Assembly (NCBI RefSeq): GCF_009914755.1
Contig: NC_060943.1
Source: the human T2T-CHM13v2.0 reference genome, Homo sapiens
Length of the DNA stretch: 64,000 nucleotides
Reading direction: 5' to 3' (one strand)
Shown here: piece by piece, positions 14,200-32,099 of the stretch
Position numbering within the stretch: the stretch's first letter is position 1
Layout of the letters: the number at the start of each line of letters is the position of its first letter
Translations under genes and position numbers: made by a program
The notes under the pieces: generated by a model
What the model was told of the DNA's origin: nothing
The model's input: the letters and a program-made list of their open reading frames with translations, nothing else
Databases searched by the model: none

Positions 14200-15113
14200 G
14201 ATGTAGGTGAACCCCAGAATTGGGGCTTGGCCCAGGAGGGTTCTTGGTTTTGTGCTGGAAAGAATTCAAGAGCAAGCTGACAGAGCAAAGTGAAAGCAAG
14301 TTTATTAGAGCTACAGAGGGCAGGAAAATGGCTGCTCTGTAGCAGAGTAGTAGCAGAAGCCCTCGTGGATTGCTGGCTAGCTATATTTATGGCTATTCCT
14401 GCATTATATGCTAAATAAGAGGTGGGTTATTCATGAGTTTTCTGAAAAAGGGGTGGAGGTTCCAGTAACTGAGGGTTCCTCCCTTTTTAAAATCGTATGT
14501 ATTAGTCAGTTTTCACGCCGCAGATAAAGACATCTCCAAGACTGGGCAATTTACAAAAGAAAGAGGCTTATTGGACTTACAGTTCCACATGGCTAGGGAG
14601 GCCTGACAATCATGGCAGAAGGCAAGGAGGGGAAAGTCACATCTCATGTGGATGGCAGCAGGCAAAATGAGAGCTTGTGCTGAGAAACTCCCATTTTTAA
14701 AACCATCAGGTCTCGTGAGACCCATTCACTATCACAAGGACAGCATGGGAAAGACCCCTCCCCGCTGCCCCACGATTCAGTCATCTCTTACTGGGTCCCT
14801 CCCACAACATGTGGGAATTATAGGAGCTACACGATGAGATTTGGGTGGGGACACAGAGACAAACCATATTACTGTATAAGGTGGCTTCTGGGAGTTGCAT
14901 GGCATTTGTAAACTGTCACGGCACTGGTGGGAGTTTCTTTTAGTATGTTAATGAGTTATAATTAATGTACAATGAGCAACGAGGGCAACATCTTGGTTTT
15001 AGCTGGTTTTGGCCAGTTTCTTTGCTACATCCTGTTTTGCTTAGATACTGTTTTGATCAGCGGGGCCTTGTGACTGGTGCTCAGAAAACAAGTCCCACTG
15101 ATCTTCGACCTCA
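14200..15113 (-). mobile_element. ERV1 3' LTR (MER50-like) with nested THE1/MST LTR at ~14497-14872
   Basis: Minus strand starts TGAGGT..GATCAG..GGACTTGTTTTC, directly after a polypurine tract (GAGGGGGGAA). The nested MaLR has TGTATTAGTC..AAAGAAAGAGG..GACTTACAGTTCCACATGGC. Confidence 0.75.
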
Positions 15114-15147
15114 TTCCCCCCTCAGAGATTATATACTCCTCCTTAAT

Positions 15148-15452
15148 CTTTTTTTTTCTTTTTTTTTTTTGAGACAGAGTCTTGCTCTGTCACCCAGGCT
15201 GGAATGCAGTGGTGCAATCTTGGCTCACTGCAACCTCCACCTCCCAGGTTGAAGCAATCCTCCCACCTCAGCCTTCCAAGTAGCTAGGATTACAAGCATG
15301 CATCACTATGTTTGGCTAATTTTTCTATTTTTAGTAGAGACAGCGTTTCACCATGTTGGCCAGGTTGGTCTCAAATTCCTGACCTTAAGTGAGCCACTGG
15401 CCTCAGCCTCCCAAAGTGCTAGGATTACAAGGGTCAATCACCATGCCTGGCC
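15148..15452 (-). mobile_element. Alu (AluS/J)
   Basis: Poly(T) followed by the reverse Alu consensus. Confidence 0.9.
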
Positions 15453-15859
15453 CTCCTTCTTAATCTTAAGGGGTTGTAGAAGGGTAGAGGTCCATCTTCT
15501 GCAACTGCTTCTTGCTGATCTTATGGGCATAGGTCCTGCCTAGCTTTGAAGGAGTAAAAATCTCTGAATACCTGATATAAGGGGCCCAAAGCAGGATGTC
15601 TTTATTTTCTGGGTCAGAAGATGGGATGGGTTGGAAGCCTTGTGACATCTTCACATGGAATTTATGTAATCTAGAAGACACAGACTTTACTAAGAGGTTA
15701 AACAAGCAAGGGCCAAAGATCAGTGGTAACAGAGCTATTAAAGGCCATAGTAAGAGTAAAAACCATGTCGTACTTGGTAGGTATCCTTTGATGGAGTCTC
15801 AGATGGTTTGACTGGTGGGGTTAGTAAAATTATGTAGCCAGGTGGCCTGCTAGTAAATC

Positions 15860-16174
<315 letters not shown>

Positions 16175-16394
16175 TGAACTTGCAGTTCAATTATCCCTGA
16201 ATTGTTAACATAAGAACAACAGGTATGACTTACTACCACACATACTCCTCATTGTTCAGCCAGAAGATAGTCTAGAGCCAATCTGCTGTCTAAGGCAACA
16301 TTGGCTAGGGAGTACAGGGAGGCCTGGAGTCCACTTACGGCTTTTCCTATACTTCCTGCCTGTGTTTCAAGGGTTTGAGTACTTATCTGTGCAT

Positions 16395-16701
<307 letters not shown>

Positions 16702-16896
16702 AATCTGTGAATTTTCAAAACAATAGCTTTAAGTCTTCTAGGGTTTCACAGTGTAGCTCTTGGTGTCCTCCTCTTGTGCCTGAGGGGACTCATAAGAAAC
16801 AGGTTTATTTAATCCTGGACAGGTATACCCAACTAGTGATTCTGTGAAGTTTAATAGCAGTGGGGGTGTTCAACAATGCCTAATAGGAGCCCTTCA

Positions 16897-17192
16897 ATTT
16901 TTTTTTTTTTTTGAGATGGAGTCTCTCTATTGCCCAAGATGGAGTGCAGAGGTGCAATCTTGACTCACTGCAACCTCCGCCTCCTGGGTTCAAGTGGTCC
17001 TCCTACCTCAGTCTTCCGAGAAGCTGGGATTACAGGCGCCTGCCACCATGCCCGGCTAATTTTTATATTTTTAGTAGAGACAGGGTTTCACCATGTTGGC
17101 CAGGCTAGTCTCAAACTCCTGATCTCAAGCGATCTGCCTGCTTCAGCCTCCCAAAGTACTGAAATTACAGGTGTGAGCCACCATGCCCAGCC
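16897..17192 (-). mobile_element. AluS
   Basis: Reverse Alu consensus with poly(T). Confidence 0.9.
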
Positions 17193-17512
17193 TTTCCAAG
17201 TTTTTAAGAGGGCTAAATATCCTGGGTGAACAGGGGAGCCATTCTTTTCCTCTGTGGGAAAGGGCAATGCTTTATTTCCATATTCTTGGAGAGCTTTTTG
17301 AACCTGGCCCAAGTTGATAGTATGAGTGAGCATTTTATGTCTCCTCATCAAACAGGAGGTCTGAAGTTAAAAAGGGCCTCCCATAGTTCATTTCAAATGG
17401 GCTAAGATTTAAGATTCCCTTTGGAACTATCTTTATGCACAAAACGGCTATGGGTAGGAGAGGCCCCCAGGGTCTCTGGACAAAGTTTTGCTGACGTCCT
17501 TTTAAAAACATG

Positions 17513-18207
17513 GTTGGCATATCTCCAAATGCTATCCCTCCCCCCTCCCTCCACCCCACAACAGGCCCCGGTGTGTGATGCTCCCCTTCCTGTGTCCGTG
17601 TGTTCTCATTGTTCAATTCCCACCTATGAGTGAGCACATGCAGTGTTTGGTTTTTTGTCCTTGCGATAGTTTGCTGAGAATGATGATTTCCAGCTTCATC
17701 CATGTCCCTACAAAGGACGTGAACTCATCATTTTTTATGGCTGCATAGTATTCCATGGTGTATAGGTGCCACATTTTCTTAATCCAGTCTATCATTGTTG
17801 GACATTTGGGTTGGTTCCAAGTCTTTGCTATTGTGAATAGTGCCGCAATAAACATACGTGTGCATGTGTCTTTACAGCAACATGATTTATAATCCTTTGG
17901 GTATATACCCAGTAGTGGGATTGCTGGGTCAAATGGTATTTCTATTTCTAGATCCCTGAGGAATCGCCACACTGACTTCCACAATGGTTGAACTAGTTTA
18001 CAGTCCCACCAACAGTGTAAAAGTGTTCCTATTTCTCCACATCCTCTCCAGCACCTGTTGTTTCCTGACTTTTTAATGATTGCCATTCTAACTGGTGTGA
18101 GATGGTATCTCATTGTGGTTTTGATTTGCATTTCTCTGATGGCCAGTGATGATGAGCATTTTTTCATGTGTCTTTTGGCTGCATAAATGTCTTCTTTTGA
18201 GAAGTGT
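17513..18207 (-). mobile_element. Young L1PA fragment (ORF2 C-terminus + partial 3'UTR, no poly(A))
   Basis: ORF 17613-18278 matches the L1 ORF2 C-terminus almost exactly ([12 protein letters not shown]...[26 protein letters not shown]). Confidence 0.95.
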
Positions 18208-18209
18208 CT

Positions 18210-18810
18210 GGGAACATCTGTATGCAGAAGTACAGTATACAGAGATAAGAATTTACAATATAGTGTGTGCATCAGCAATTTCTAACAGAGCCTTAAAACA
18301 GAAACACAGTCTATCCATAACCTATATTTAGTAAGATACTAATCAGTAGTAATAATTGCAGCAAAAGCTGATTGCAAACAATCAGTAGAAGCAGGATGTG
18401 AAACTAGACAACCAGTTAGACCACAAAATCTCAGAAGGGAGTATGTCTTAACCCTAAAGAGACCTAGAAGAGTCGTGGCAAGATAAGGGTGTTTATAGCC
18501 CTATCTTATCCGTATGAACAGGCGCCCCCATGCATCCATTTATAGGCTCTCCACAAGGGTCGCATTCCATTCCCAGAGCTATGAACATCTGCTTTTCTGG
18601 GATAGGAATCTTGGTGATGTGAAACCTCCCTGACTCCACGTCGGTTTATAGGCTCTCTGCAGGGGGAAACACATCATGTGCTGTTGGCTCATTCTGGCAG
18701 TCCCACCTGGCATTGTCTTTACACAATCCTGCATGCAATTTTGTATTTACAATAATCAGGAGCATTTCATCTTTTATTCCATAGCAATAGTTTCAGGGGG
18801 TCTCCCTACA
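18210..18810 (-). mobile_element. Truncated ERVK-class LTR (LTR13-like, name from recall)
   Basis: Minus strand begins TGTAGGGAGACCCCCTGAAACTATTGCTATGG; internal short repeats TTTATAGGCTCT. Confidence 0.6.
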
Positions 18811-18811
18811 A

Positions 18812-21560
<2,749 letters not shown>

Positions 21561-24500
21561 TAGAGCCCTTGCTGTATATTCATCAGTTATTTTGACCCAA
21601 TGTGTTTTTACTACTTTTATCAGTCCTTCCACCTCTGTGTGGTAAACATGAGCACCTTCTCCATATCACAGTCAGTGATCTGAGGAAGTTGTCCAGAGTA
21701 TCTCAGTCTAGTGAGCAGGGGCAGGATTTGAATGCAGGTCTCTCTGGTCCATGGTTTATGTGGATAAACCTCATACTCTTCCACTATCACAGTAACAAGG
21801 ATGTGAAGCATTTCTAATATCTGTTGCTCCTAAATTCATTTAATCCATCCCTGAAGATATTTCTGTGTACATGGACAGAGAATTTTCCATTTTTGCTGCA
21901 TTAATAAGACCTTTCTCCAGCGTGAATTCTTTGTTGTTCAGTAAAACTGGAACTTTGGCTAAAGAATTTCCCATGTTCCCTGCACTAATAAGGTCTTTCT
22001 CCAGTGTGAATTCACTGGTGAGGAACAAGTCCATATTTGCAGCTGAAGGTTTTCCCACATTCACAGAACTCATAAGCCCTTTCCCCAATTTGGACTCTTT
22101 GGTGTTTGACAAGTAAGGGTTTGTATTTGATAGCTTTCACATATGTGATACACTCATAAAGCCCTTCTCCACTGTGGACTCTTTGGTGCTGAACAAGTGT
22201 GTGTTTGCAGTTTATGGCTTTCCTGAGTTCACTGCACTTCTCATCACTTTTTCACTGTAAATGGCTGCCCCACACTCAGTGGTGCTGTATGGCTTTTCCT
22301 GTTGTAAGTGGCCTGGTGCTGGAGAAGTCCTGAGTCAACCAGGAAGTACCTTCCAACCTTCTCAAAGGTAAAGGACTTATTTGGCACAAGAAATCTGCAG
22401 CCCTTCACGAAAAAGCTCCTATCTACATCCCTTCTGAAGGGTTTCTCTTTACTGAAAGGATCATTTTCCACATGCCCCTAAGTATACAGTTTCTTCCTGG
22501 GATATTTTCCCCTGTCCTCAGCAAAAGGCAAAATGTCTTTCAAGATTAAGACATACATATCACAGGGGTGGGCTTTCTGAGGAAAGGGCCTCAGGGGGCT
22601 CTGACCTGTGACAATTCTTTTACAGAAAATCTTGGCTGAGAAGATGCTTCCTCATCTTTCACTTCATGCCAATACCCTAAAAGCAAAGACATGCCAGTGA
22701 AGTGCACGTGGACTTTGGTGAGAAGGGGCACTGACATCACAAATGTGTATCTGCACACCAATGCATGAGTCTATGTGAGTTCACAGGACTGTTTTCAGGA
22801 GGAGAGAGTTTGGGTCAGACTGAGGAAGCAGCTGTTGTGAACTCATAGTTTTCAAAAAGTCACAGCATGGGAGAAGCCTCACCAGGCAAAGGACACAAGG
22901 ATGAGGTGCAGCACAATGAGGAGGAGTGGGGTCTACAACTCCCTCCTCTGCCAATGGTTTTTGGTACTTGTATTTGCTGATGACACAAGAGGTGTGCAGA
23001 AAGGTATGTCCAGGCCCAAGAAAATCCAATGGCAAAAGAGTGGCTCACGTTCAGAGACTACTTAAGAATATGTGTGCATCTCACAACACAGTATGTGTGG
23101 GCCAGTGTTGGAGAACACTGTGAGAGGGAGTAGTGGACAGGAGTAGGTAAGATGTGCAATACAGAGAGTTGGGGATTAGCCCTGGGACAAAAGTCTGACT
23201 AGAAATGGCAAGCTGCTAGTGTCAAGAATGGGAGAAGAAAGGTAGAAATGAGGTGTGACCACTGGCATTGGCACCAAAATAGTAGTGGGAACAGGACTGG
23301 TTCATGGTATGATTTGAACACAGCCCTGATGTCATGCCCTCTCACCTGCCACTTAATAGGGCCAGGACCCCTCTGAGCCGCATGTCCCCACTAAGAAGCA
23401 CCCATAGCTCTTCCCCCTGCTCCCAGCTGAGAATAGTACCTGGATAATGCAAGAACTAAAGGAAAAACTGAAGAAGGGAGGAGCCAGCACTGGCCCAGGG
23501 AAACTTGGAGCAACAGACTACAGGTAAGAAAACCAAATGTTACAAAAACAACCTCAGAGGAGGACATAAATAGTGACCATGTCGGTAACAGCAATTCCTG
23601 GTATAGGAAGACATGGGGATATATTAGCTAGAGGAAGGGGGCAGAACCTGGGGCGGAGAGGTCACCTGGCCAGGGAAAGGGAAAAGTGGGCTTATAAAGG
23701 CTGACGGCAAGACTCCTGATCCCCTTCCCAGTAAGCCTTTGGGGCAGCAGGTATTGAGGCTGCTTGGGAAGAGGATAGGACAGTGCAATGGCTCAGCCCC
23801 ACCAACCAGTGAACCTACCCAGGAAACTGAGGAAGGAAGTAGAGTCCATTGTCCTAATGTGAGAAGGATGGATCTGTCCTTGGGGAAAAGGAAAGGCAGA
23901 ATCTAGTCTAAAGTATCTGGGTGGGTGTGAGGGTCTCACCCATTGAGGCCATCAGTGAAAAGTTCTCAGCATCACACTGCAGTATAGGAGTTTCGGAACA
24001 TCATCAAGGAGACTCCATTCCCTCCAGGAGAAGTGCATGGCCACTTCCTCAAAGGTCACATTGCTCTGTTATGATAGGGACAGATGAAACCATGAAGAGC
24101 CTCTCTTGAGGACCCCCAGTACATCTTTCTATAAATCCACCCCATATTCATACTCCTTCCAAGATCCAAAACCCAGAGGATGTATCAGACCTTGGTGTCA
24201 TTTGTGCCTACTCCCTCCTATCACCCATTAATCGCTGTGTCTGTGCTCAACAATAAGAAGCAGGTGGGCAGACAGACACCATTTAAGTTCCAGGCCTGCC
24301 ACGCAGGGCCCCACCCCTTCTTGCCAAGAAATTACCAGGAAGTCCCTAGATGGTACCTTCCAAACACAACCAAACTTGGGCTCACTCTTCATCCTTAAGT
24401 CCCAAATACCAGAGCCCTAGGACACACTCCCTCTCCATGTGCACATCATTCTTTAGGCTATTCCTCTCTCATATCTCCAGATGTCATAGATATTGCTATC

Positions 24501-25316
24501 TTCCTATCCCAAACTATAGATCCCTCCCTAGCCTCCCCACATGCTACTCACCACATGGCATCAAGAACATGCCTGACAATTCAGACAGAATCTAGTACTT
24601 CCCCAAGACCTCCAATGGCTTTCACTGCCAAGGGCAACCCTTAATCCTGCTAAGAAAGCCTCACCTTCTGGCTGTTTCATCAGTCAATCTCAGCCATCCA
24701 GAACAACATGCAGGTTTTAGATACCTCCCCGCAAACTGCTGCCCTCCTAATGCCTCTAGCAGACAACCACATTTGCCCCTGTGCTAATCCACTATCCTGG
24801 CGAGTCCGTAGAGCTGTGAAGTAAAGGCCCTGTCCTTGGTGCCATCTTTCTTCAATTACTCCTATGCTTCTGTATCCACATGAATGTCTATTCTTCTCTT
24901 AGAAGCCCTGGCCTCCTGCCAGACCCTCTTTTCCCCAGACCCAACCTTCAGGCTCAGTTCTCTCCCTTCAGCTGTGCCTGTGATGCCCACCACACCCAAC
25001 CAGGTGCCCAAGCAATAGATCCAGTCCTCGGCCCTCACTCTCCCCTTCTTGGCCAGCTGAAAGCTGAAGATCATGACCTGAAGATTTCTTCTTCTAAATG
25101 TGATGCACAGCTTCACCTCAAGTCTACAAAGTGGCCACCACCTTCTGGATGTCTCTATTCTGAATGACTCCCTAGAGTTCCAGACCTTTGTGTCTACCAG
25201 TCCACTTGATGTCTTCACTCAGTGTTCTCTGAAATATCTCACTCTTCACATGGCCAAAACAAAACTCCCATATACCCACTGAAAATTACTTTTACTACTA
25301 ACTTCTCCTTCATTTC

Positions 25317-26077
<761 letters not shown>

Positions 26078-27051
26078 TGCTACCTTTTTTTCTCTCACCC
26101 TCAACATTAGAAAATCCAGCATTCAGCCCTATTTTTAAAAAAGGTCTGGAATCCAGCCACTTTCTCCATTTCCAGATACCACCAACACTTACTTAGATTA
26201 TTGCAGTAGCCCCATCCATGATCTTCCTGCCTCCTCCCTCACTCTCAAAATTTGTTCAGTCTGCAGCCAGAGGGAGCCTATTAAGACCTGAGTCATGTCA
26301 CCTCATTGCTCCTATGCCATTGCTCCCATCAACTCCAGAAACCACCCAACTTCTCAGACTGCCATTCCAGATCTGACCCCTACTCTCCTGCTAGCAAGAA
26401 AGAGAGGAGATCTGTGATTCTCTGAACACTCCCTTCTAAGCCTTACCTTCAAGCATTTGGAGATGGTGGTACCTGTGCTTAGGATAACCTTCCACACCTC
26501 ATCCTATTGGTTGCTAGATATACATAGGAACTATTATATATACTACCTCTGGCCGAGGACCCTGGGCTTGGGGTTTCTCAAGCAACCCCAGTCTCAAGGG
26601 CTAGAAGAGTCACACACAGGCTGAGTCCCAAGGCACCACAATCCTATAGCCACGTGGATGGAAGGTTGGGACCAGTGAGGGCTCACTCACCTGTGTATGA
26701 TCCATAAGCACTTTTGTGGCCACAGGAACCTGTGGGAAGAGGTAGACCTTGAGAAGCAGGCAACTATGGGAGGACTCCATGGGCTTAGGCCTCTCTTGAA
26801 CATCTGCCCAGTGGTGGAAACAGGTGACCTTGGACTGACTGTACAATCTCTATATTTCAGTCCTCAATAATGCCTTTTACCTGCTTTGTAACTTTGAACA
26901 AGTACTCAATCTCCCTGTACCTCACTGTCCAACTTGCACCTCATCCAGTCTTCTTCCTCCAAGCAGCTTTTGGGAAACTTTAAAACCCTTAACTCAGACT
27001 GTGTTCCTCCTCAGTTCACAACCCTGCATGGCTCCAAGCACCATCAGAAAG

Positions 27052-27592
27052 TGAAACCGTGCCCCAGGGGTAGAGAATTTGTTAACTAGCAAAATTTCCT
27101 GAACTTGTTTTGCAGAACAGTAGAAAAGTAAATAGTTTCCCACAGTCCCCTCTGTTTGCAACAAAGTTGGCTGATGAGCTGAGACTGCTTGGGACCAATA
27201 TGGCTGACTGGAGTCTGCACAGAATAGACTTACTCATCAGATGAGTGACCTTTTGATGTTAGAGGGCTGAAAACACCTCCAGATCATGCTAACACCATTT
27301 CCTGAACATATGACCCATAAAGCAGCATGTAGGGGCAACAGTCCTTGCCCAAGGGACTCTCCAAACCGCTTTGTCTTCCAGCCAATCACTGTCCAGCCCA
27401 AAACCCCACCCTCAAAATCTCTCCCTCAAATCTATGGCGGCCAAGCTGGTACAAGGAGACAGACTGGCCTCCTGCCTCCTTGACTCTTAGTAAACCTTTA
27501 TTGCTGCAAAAACCCAATGCTTTGGTGTTTGGGTTTCTGGTGTTTGACTTTCCTTTGTATATGGGCAAATGGGCCCAGTTTGGTTCTGTGAC
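27052..27592 (+). mobile_element. Solo ERV1-type LTR (subfamily uncertain)
   Basis: TGAAACCG...GTGACA termini, AGTAAA signal. Confidence 0.55.
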
Positions 27593-27859
27593 AAATGAAG
27601 GTACAACACCTTGTCACTGCAGGTGTGACTTCTCTTCACACTCTACTCTGTGTACACACAGCCCCCAGGCCAGCCCAGTTGTGCCTCCAAACCTTTGCAC
27701 ATGCTGATCCCTCAGTCTGTAACAATCTTCTGTGACTCACCACACTGGCTTTCAGAAACGGCTTCATCACCCATGAGCTCTCCCGCTTCCCCCAGCCTAA
27801 ACACCAGGGCCTAGACTGAAGTGACCTGAACAGGTTCCCACAATGTGGGGCTTAAGATT

Positions 27860-28200
27860 TGAAAGTAGGAGTCCGGCGGGTGAGGGCCCAAGGGACGCAC
27901 CACCAACTTGAAGCCACCGTGATGCGAGCCTGTGGGTGAATGGCTCCAGAAACTGCGGTGACTAGGATGGGGACAGCCACATGGCAGCCTCCAGCCCAGC
28001 ACTGACACGAGATCACAATGGGTGGCACCCGAGCCTAGCGTCAGAGCCTCAGTCTTACCTCTGTGCAGTAGGGACAAGGCTTCCTGTTGCCTTCGCCTCC
28101 TTTTCCCTCAGACCTGACCCAGCCCTCTGTAGTTTCTGAACAGGTAAAACAGCTGCAAGGCAGCCAAAATGACCGCCACAAAGTGAGACAGGAAGTCCTG
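27860..28200 (-). promoter_or_regulatory. Possible decayed promoter / non-coding first exon of KRAB-ZNF pseudogene 2
   Basis: Locally raised CpG, donor-like CAGAG|GTAAGA at ~28057 on minus, ETS-like CAGGAAGT at ~28190; position fits. Inference. Confidence 0.35.
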
Positions 28201-28852
28201 ACCATCTTCACCCCTAAACCTGGAATCTCCCATCTTTCTGTGCTTTCATTGGATAAGCACTGCTGCCACTCAGCAGAGAATTCTGGGTAAGGGTCACATA
28301 GCTCTCACACCTCCACACAGTGAAGAGCTTTCCCTTGCAGCCACGCTGTCTTGAATAACCCTCATTCTCAGGCTCTGGGATGGGGAAGTAGCTACATCTC
28401 TGGACGTGTCCAGCAACGATCACCAAAGTTTTGAGACATTATTTCAGACTCTTGAAGCTCAGCATGTTCCCATGGGCCATATTTCTGATGTTCCCAGAGA
28501 TTACAAATCCAAATGGAATGATCATTCCATAGTGTTACTGACACCCAAAGTATGGCCACGCATAGCTGGAAACTAATTACCTTATTGATCTTCAACTGAC
28601 TGTGGCCTGAACAGTTAGAGTCAGTTCTGTGAATTTCTGTATGCTCCTTCAGGGAGAAGAGAAAAAAGCCTCCAGATAGGGCCACAATAGGGAAGACAGA
28701 AGAATGATGTTGGGCTGCCCAGAATCAAGTGGACAAGGGTGGCACCAAAATTTTCTGGTTTTCTCTGGAGTTGCCCAGCGAGATCCTCTGCTCTCCAACC
28801 TTTAGGGTGAGAATCTGCTGGAGAAGCCACGGGTGGAAATTTCCGAGGCTAG

Positions 28853-29103
28853 TGAAACCACTCCTATAAACCTTTAAAAATGTATCAGGGAAGAAGGGAG
28901 AAATGAAAATAAGCCAAGGTTGCAGCACATTCAACATTAACCATTCCATCAGCTTGCTCTCTGACCCGCTTTTTTATAGTTGTTTTGTGCTGATTGTCTT
29001 CAAATAATGGGGGTTCAACTTTTTGGCTCCCTGGGCCACATTGGAAGAAGAATTGTCTTGGGCAATATGTAAAATACACTAACACTAATGATAGCTGATT
29101 AGC

Positions 29104-29134
<31 letters not shown>

Positions 29135-29640
29135 GTCCTTGCATGATTTTTGTGATATCTGCCACCACAGATAAGCTAAAAATTCCTTGCATTCAAAGAC
29201 TCGAACACCTGTGAACCCTGTTACAAGATTATAATTCCCCTTAACTACTCCATATATAACAACTTGAACATTAAGAAACATTAGGTTTTCCCTTTGAGAT
29301 ATTCCTTGAGATCCGGCATACCAATGAAACTACTGACTCAGCTGGTCTAAAGAATGCCACAGGAGCTGACTCATCAAAGAATGCAATTTCCACATCCTGA
29401 TGATTTTGTCTCCCTAACCCCAACAAATCAATGGCCCCAATTCTCCAGCCCCTTGCCTTCCATGATCTTAAAAATCCCAGCCAAGAACTTCTAGGGAGGT
29501 GGATTTGAGAGTCCCCTTCCATCTCCTTTCCTGGCGCCCTGTAATTGATAAACTCTTTCTCTGCTGCAAACGCTGCTGTCTCAGGGTAATGAGTCTGTTA
29601 CTGCACAGCAAGCAAATGAAAACCTCTTGGTCCTATAACA
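28853..29640 (+). mobile_element. ERV1 LTR with nested MER30 (~29008-29170)
   Basis: TGAAACCA...TATAACA termini; MER30 signature TTTTGGCTCCCTGGGCCACATTGGAAGAAGAATTGTCTTGGGC. Confidence 0.6.
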
Positions 29641-30197
29641 CTAGTGAGCCTGCAAGTTCATGGGCAGCTGCTTGCAAAGGTTCTCCTTGGCCAAGAGAGT
29701 ACACAGCCTGTGAAGGGAATAGTGGAAACCCAACCTCTGGAGTGAAAGATCAAGACTAAGTCCTCTGGACTGAGATCCTGAATGACTTCCTGAGTGAATG
29801 GTAGGGACTAGACTTTTGGGCAGGAACTGGGGGGTTCAAGTCCAGCCTGGGTCAGCACCAGATCTCTGCAGTGTTGTGGGTAGATGTGCACTGGTGAGGG
29901 CATAGGGGCCCCTTGGTTCTACCTGGGCTACCCTGCCCTCACTGTGGGCTGCCATGAGTTGTCTGGGCATGTGTAGTCATCAAGGGTGTTGTATCTCTCC
30001 TCGCCACCATTCCTAGCCAGACTCACACTTCCTCTCTTTCTTTCTCTCTCATGGTTCCCTATGAGGTGTGACCACAGATCAGATGTGGATAGAACCTAAT
30101 GGTCAACACCAGAGTCATATAACTCCCTGTTTTGCATGTGCTTTCTTTAAACTAGCCAATTCACAACCCCCACAGGAAAGCATAAGGGATAATGGAC

Positions 30198-30580
30198 CTG
30201 ATAGGGTTTGGATTTGTGTCCCTCCCTGACCAAATCTCATGTCAAATTGTAATCCCCATGTTGGAGGAGGGTCCTGGTGGGAGGTGATTGGATCATGTGT
30301 TGGGGGGACTTCCCCCTTGCTGTTGTGATAGTGAGTGCTCATGAGACCTGGTTGTTTCAAAGTGTGTGGCACCTTTCCCTTTGCTCTCTTCCTCCTTTTC
30401 CAGCAATGTAAGGCATGCCTGCTTCCCCTTCACCTTCTGCCATGATTGTAAGTTTCATGAGGCCTCCCAGCCATGCTTCCTGTACAGCTACAGAACTGTG
30501 ATTCAATGAAACCTCTTTTCTTTATAAATTACCCAATCTCAGGTAGTTCTTTAAAGCAATGTGAGAATGGACTAATACAG
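30198..30580 (+). mobile_element. MaLR LTR (MST/THE1D-like) nested in another LTR (~30060-30930)
   Basis: TGATAGGGTTTGG...GCCATGATTGTAAGTTTC...GGACTAATACA. Confidence 0.85.
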
Positions 30581-32099
30581 GACCTTAAGGCCCATGGACC
30601 TTGGCAAAGGTCTAATCCCACAAGTCCTTCTCCCCTCCACCACCCCCGACCCGCTGCACCTGGTAGTTGAGCTCCTTTTGCCTCCAGACATCCTGTTGCC
30701 TCCCCCTCCCCTGCCATTGGCAAGCCTAATGTTTCTGGGACTTGTGCATAATAAATGTATTCTGTTTCATGCGTCTTGGTTTCACTTCCTTATTGTGTCT
30801 CACCTGACACACACCTGAATGTAACTTCCACCTGGTCAGAGCTCTCCTAGAGAGTGGCTGTCTTGGCCAATAGCCACTCCAACAGAGGGATCTCAAGACC
30901 AAATAGAAATAAACCATAACAAAAATCATAACAGAGGTAAAGATGTTGGGTCTGTGATGTCTACTAGACATCTAAAAATAGGTCACAAATACAATATTCT
31001 TTTACTTTAAAATTTTTTTTCTTTTGTTCTACACAAATACAAAGAGAAGACAAGAAGAAATACAATATTAGATATATGACCATGGAGTTTGGAAGACAAG
31101 CCTGAGATGGAGATATACACATAATTTTTTGGCTTGTAGTGGTGTACTTGCAGCCACAACCTTGGATGAGATCACCAGTAGAATATGTGTAGATTGAGAA
31201 ATAGATCAATTTGGAGAGAATTGGTATTTATGCATGGCGTCTACTATTTCTACTAAAAATACAAAAATTAGCCATATGCGGTGGCACACACCTGTAATCC
31301 CAGCTCCTCAGGAGGCTGAGGCATGAGAATTGTTTGAGCCAGGAGGCAGAGGTCAGTGAGCCGAGATCACGCCACTACACTCTAGTCTGGGCAACTGTGT
31401 CTCAAAAATAAAAAAAAAGGGTTCCATCTCCAAATGCGGTCACATTCTGAGGTGCTGGGGGCTAGGACTTCAACACATACATTTTGGGGAGACACAATTC
31501 ATTTCATAGCATTGGGAAATATAACATACATATAGAAAATTATTTATTATTTATGTAGATTTTAATAAATTTTTCTTAAGTTGATACTGATGTAACTACC
31601 ACTGAAGGCAATACAGAGTATTAGTGTGCTCAGAGTCCTGAGTGCTCTGTCTGGGTCACAATGTGCTCCTCCCTCAACACCCAGATGAATTCAACATCCC
31701 GATTTTTAAAATCAGTATTATCTGACTTTTTAAATAGTTTTTTCTATTGTGTATGAATCTCCAAAATATAGTTTATATGTGGCTGTTACTGACCTTTACA
31801 TGAATGGAATAATATGTGCTCTGTTTGGTTTGATATCTTCTGCAAAATAAATGTAAGATTCACTCAGGGTGTTCCATGTATCCATGTATCTCTGTAACAT
31901 CCATTTTCATTGCCATTGAAGGAACAATTTATCTGTCCAATCTTTTGTTGATGTGCCTTTGTATTGCTTTCAGTTACTTGCGATAATGATGTTGCTGTGA
32001 AAGTTTTTGTCCATATATTCTGATGTACATAAGAATGGCTTTGGTTTTTTACACTTTTCTTTAGCATCTCTCTTGGGAAGATATAAATATCTTAAATGT

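Noticed and set aside
17613-18278. 221-aa ORF as a gene
   Set aside because: L1 ORF2 C-terminal fragment.
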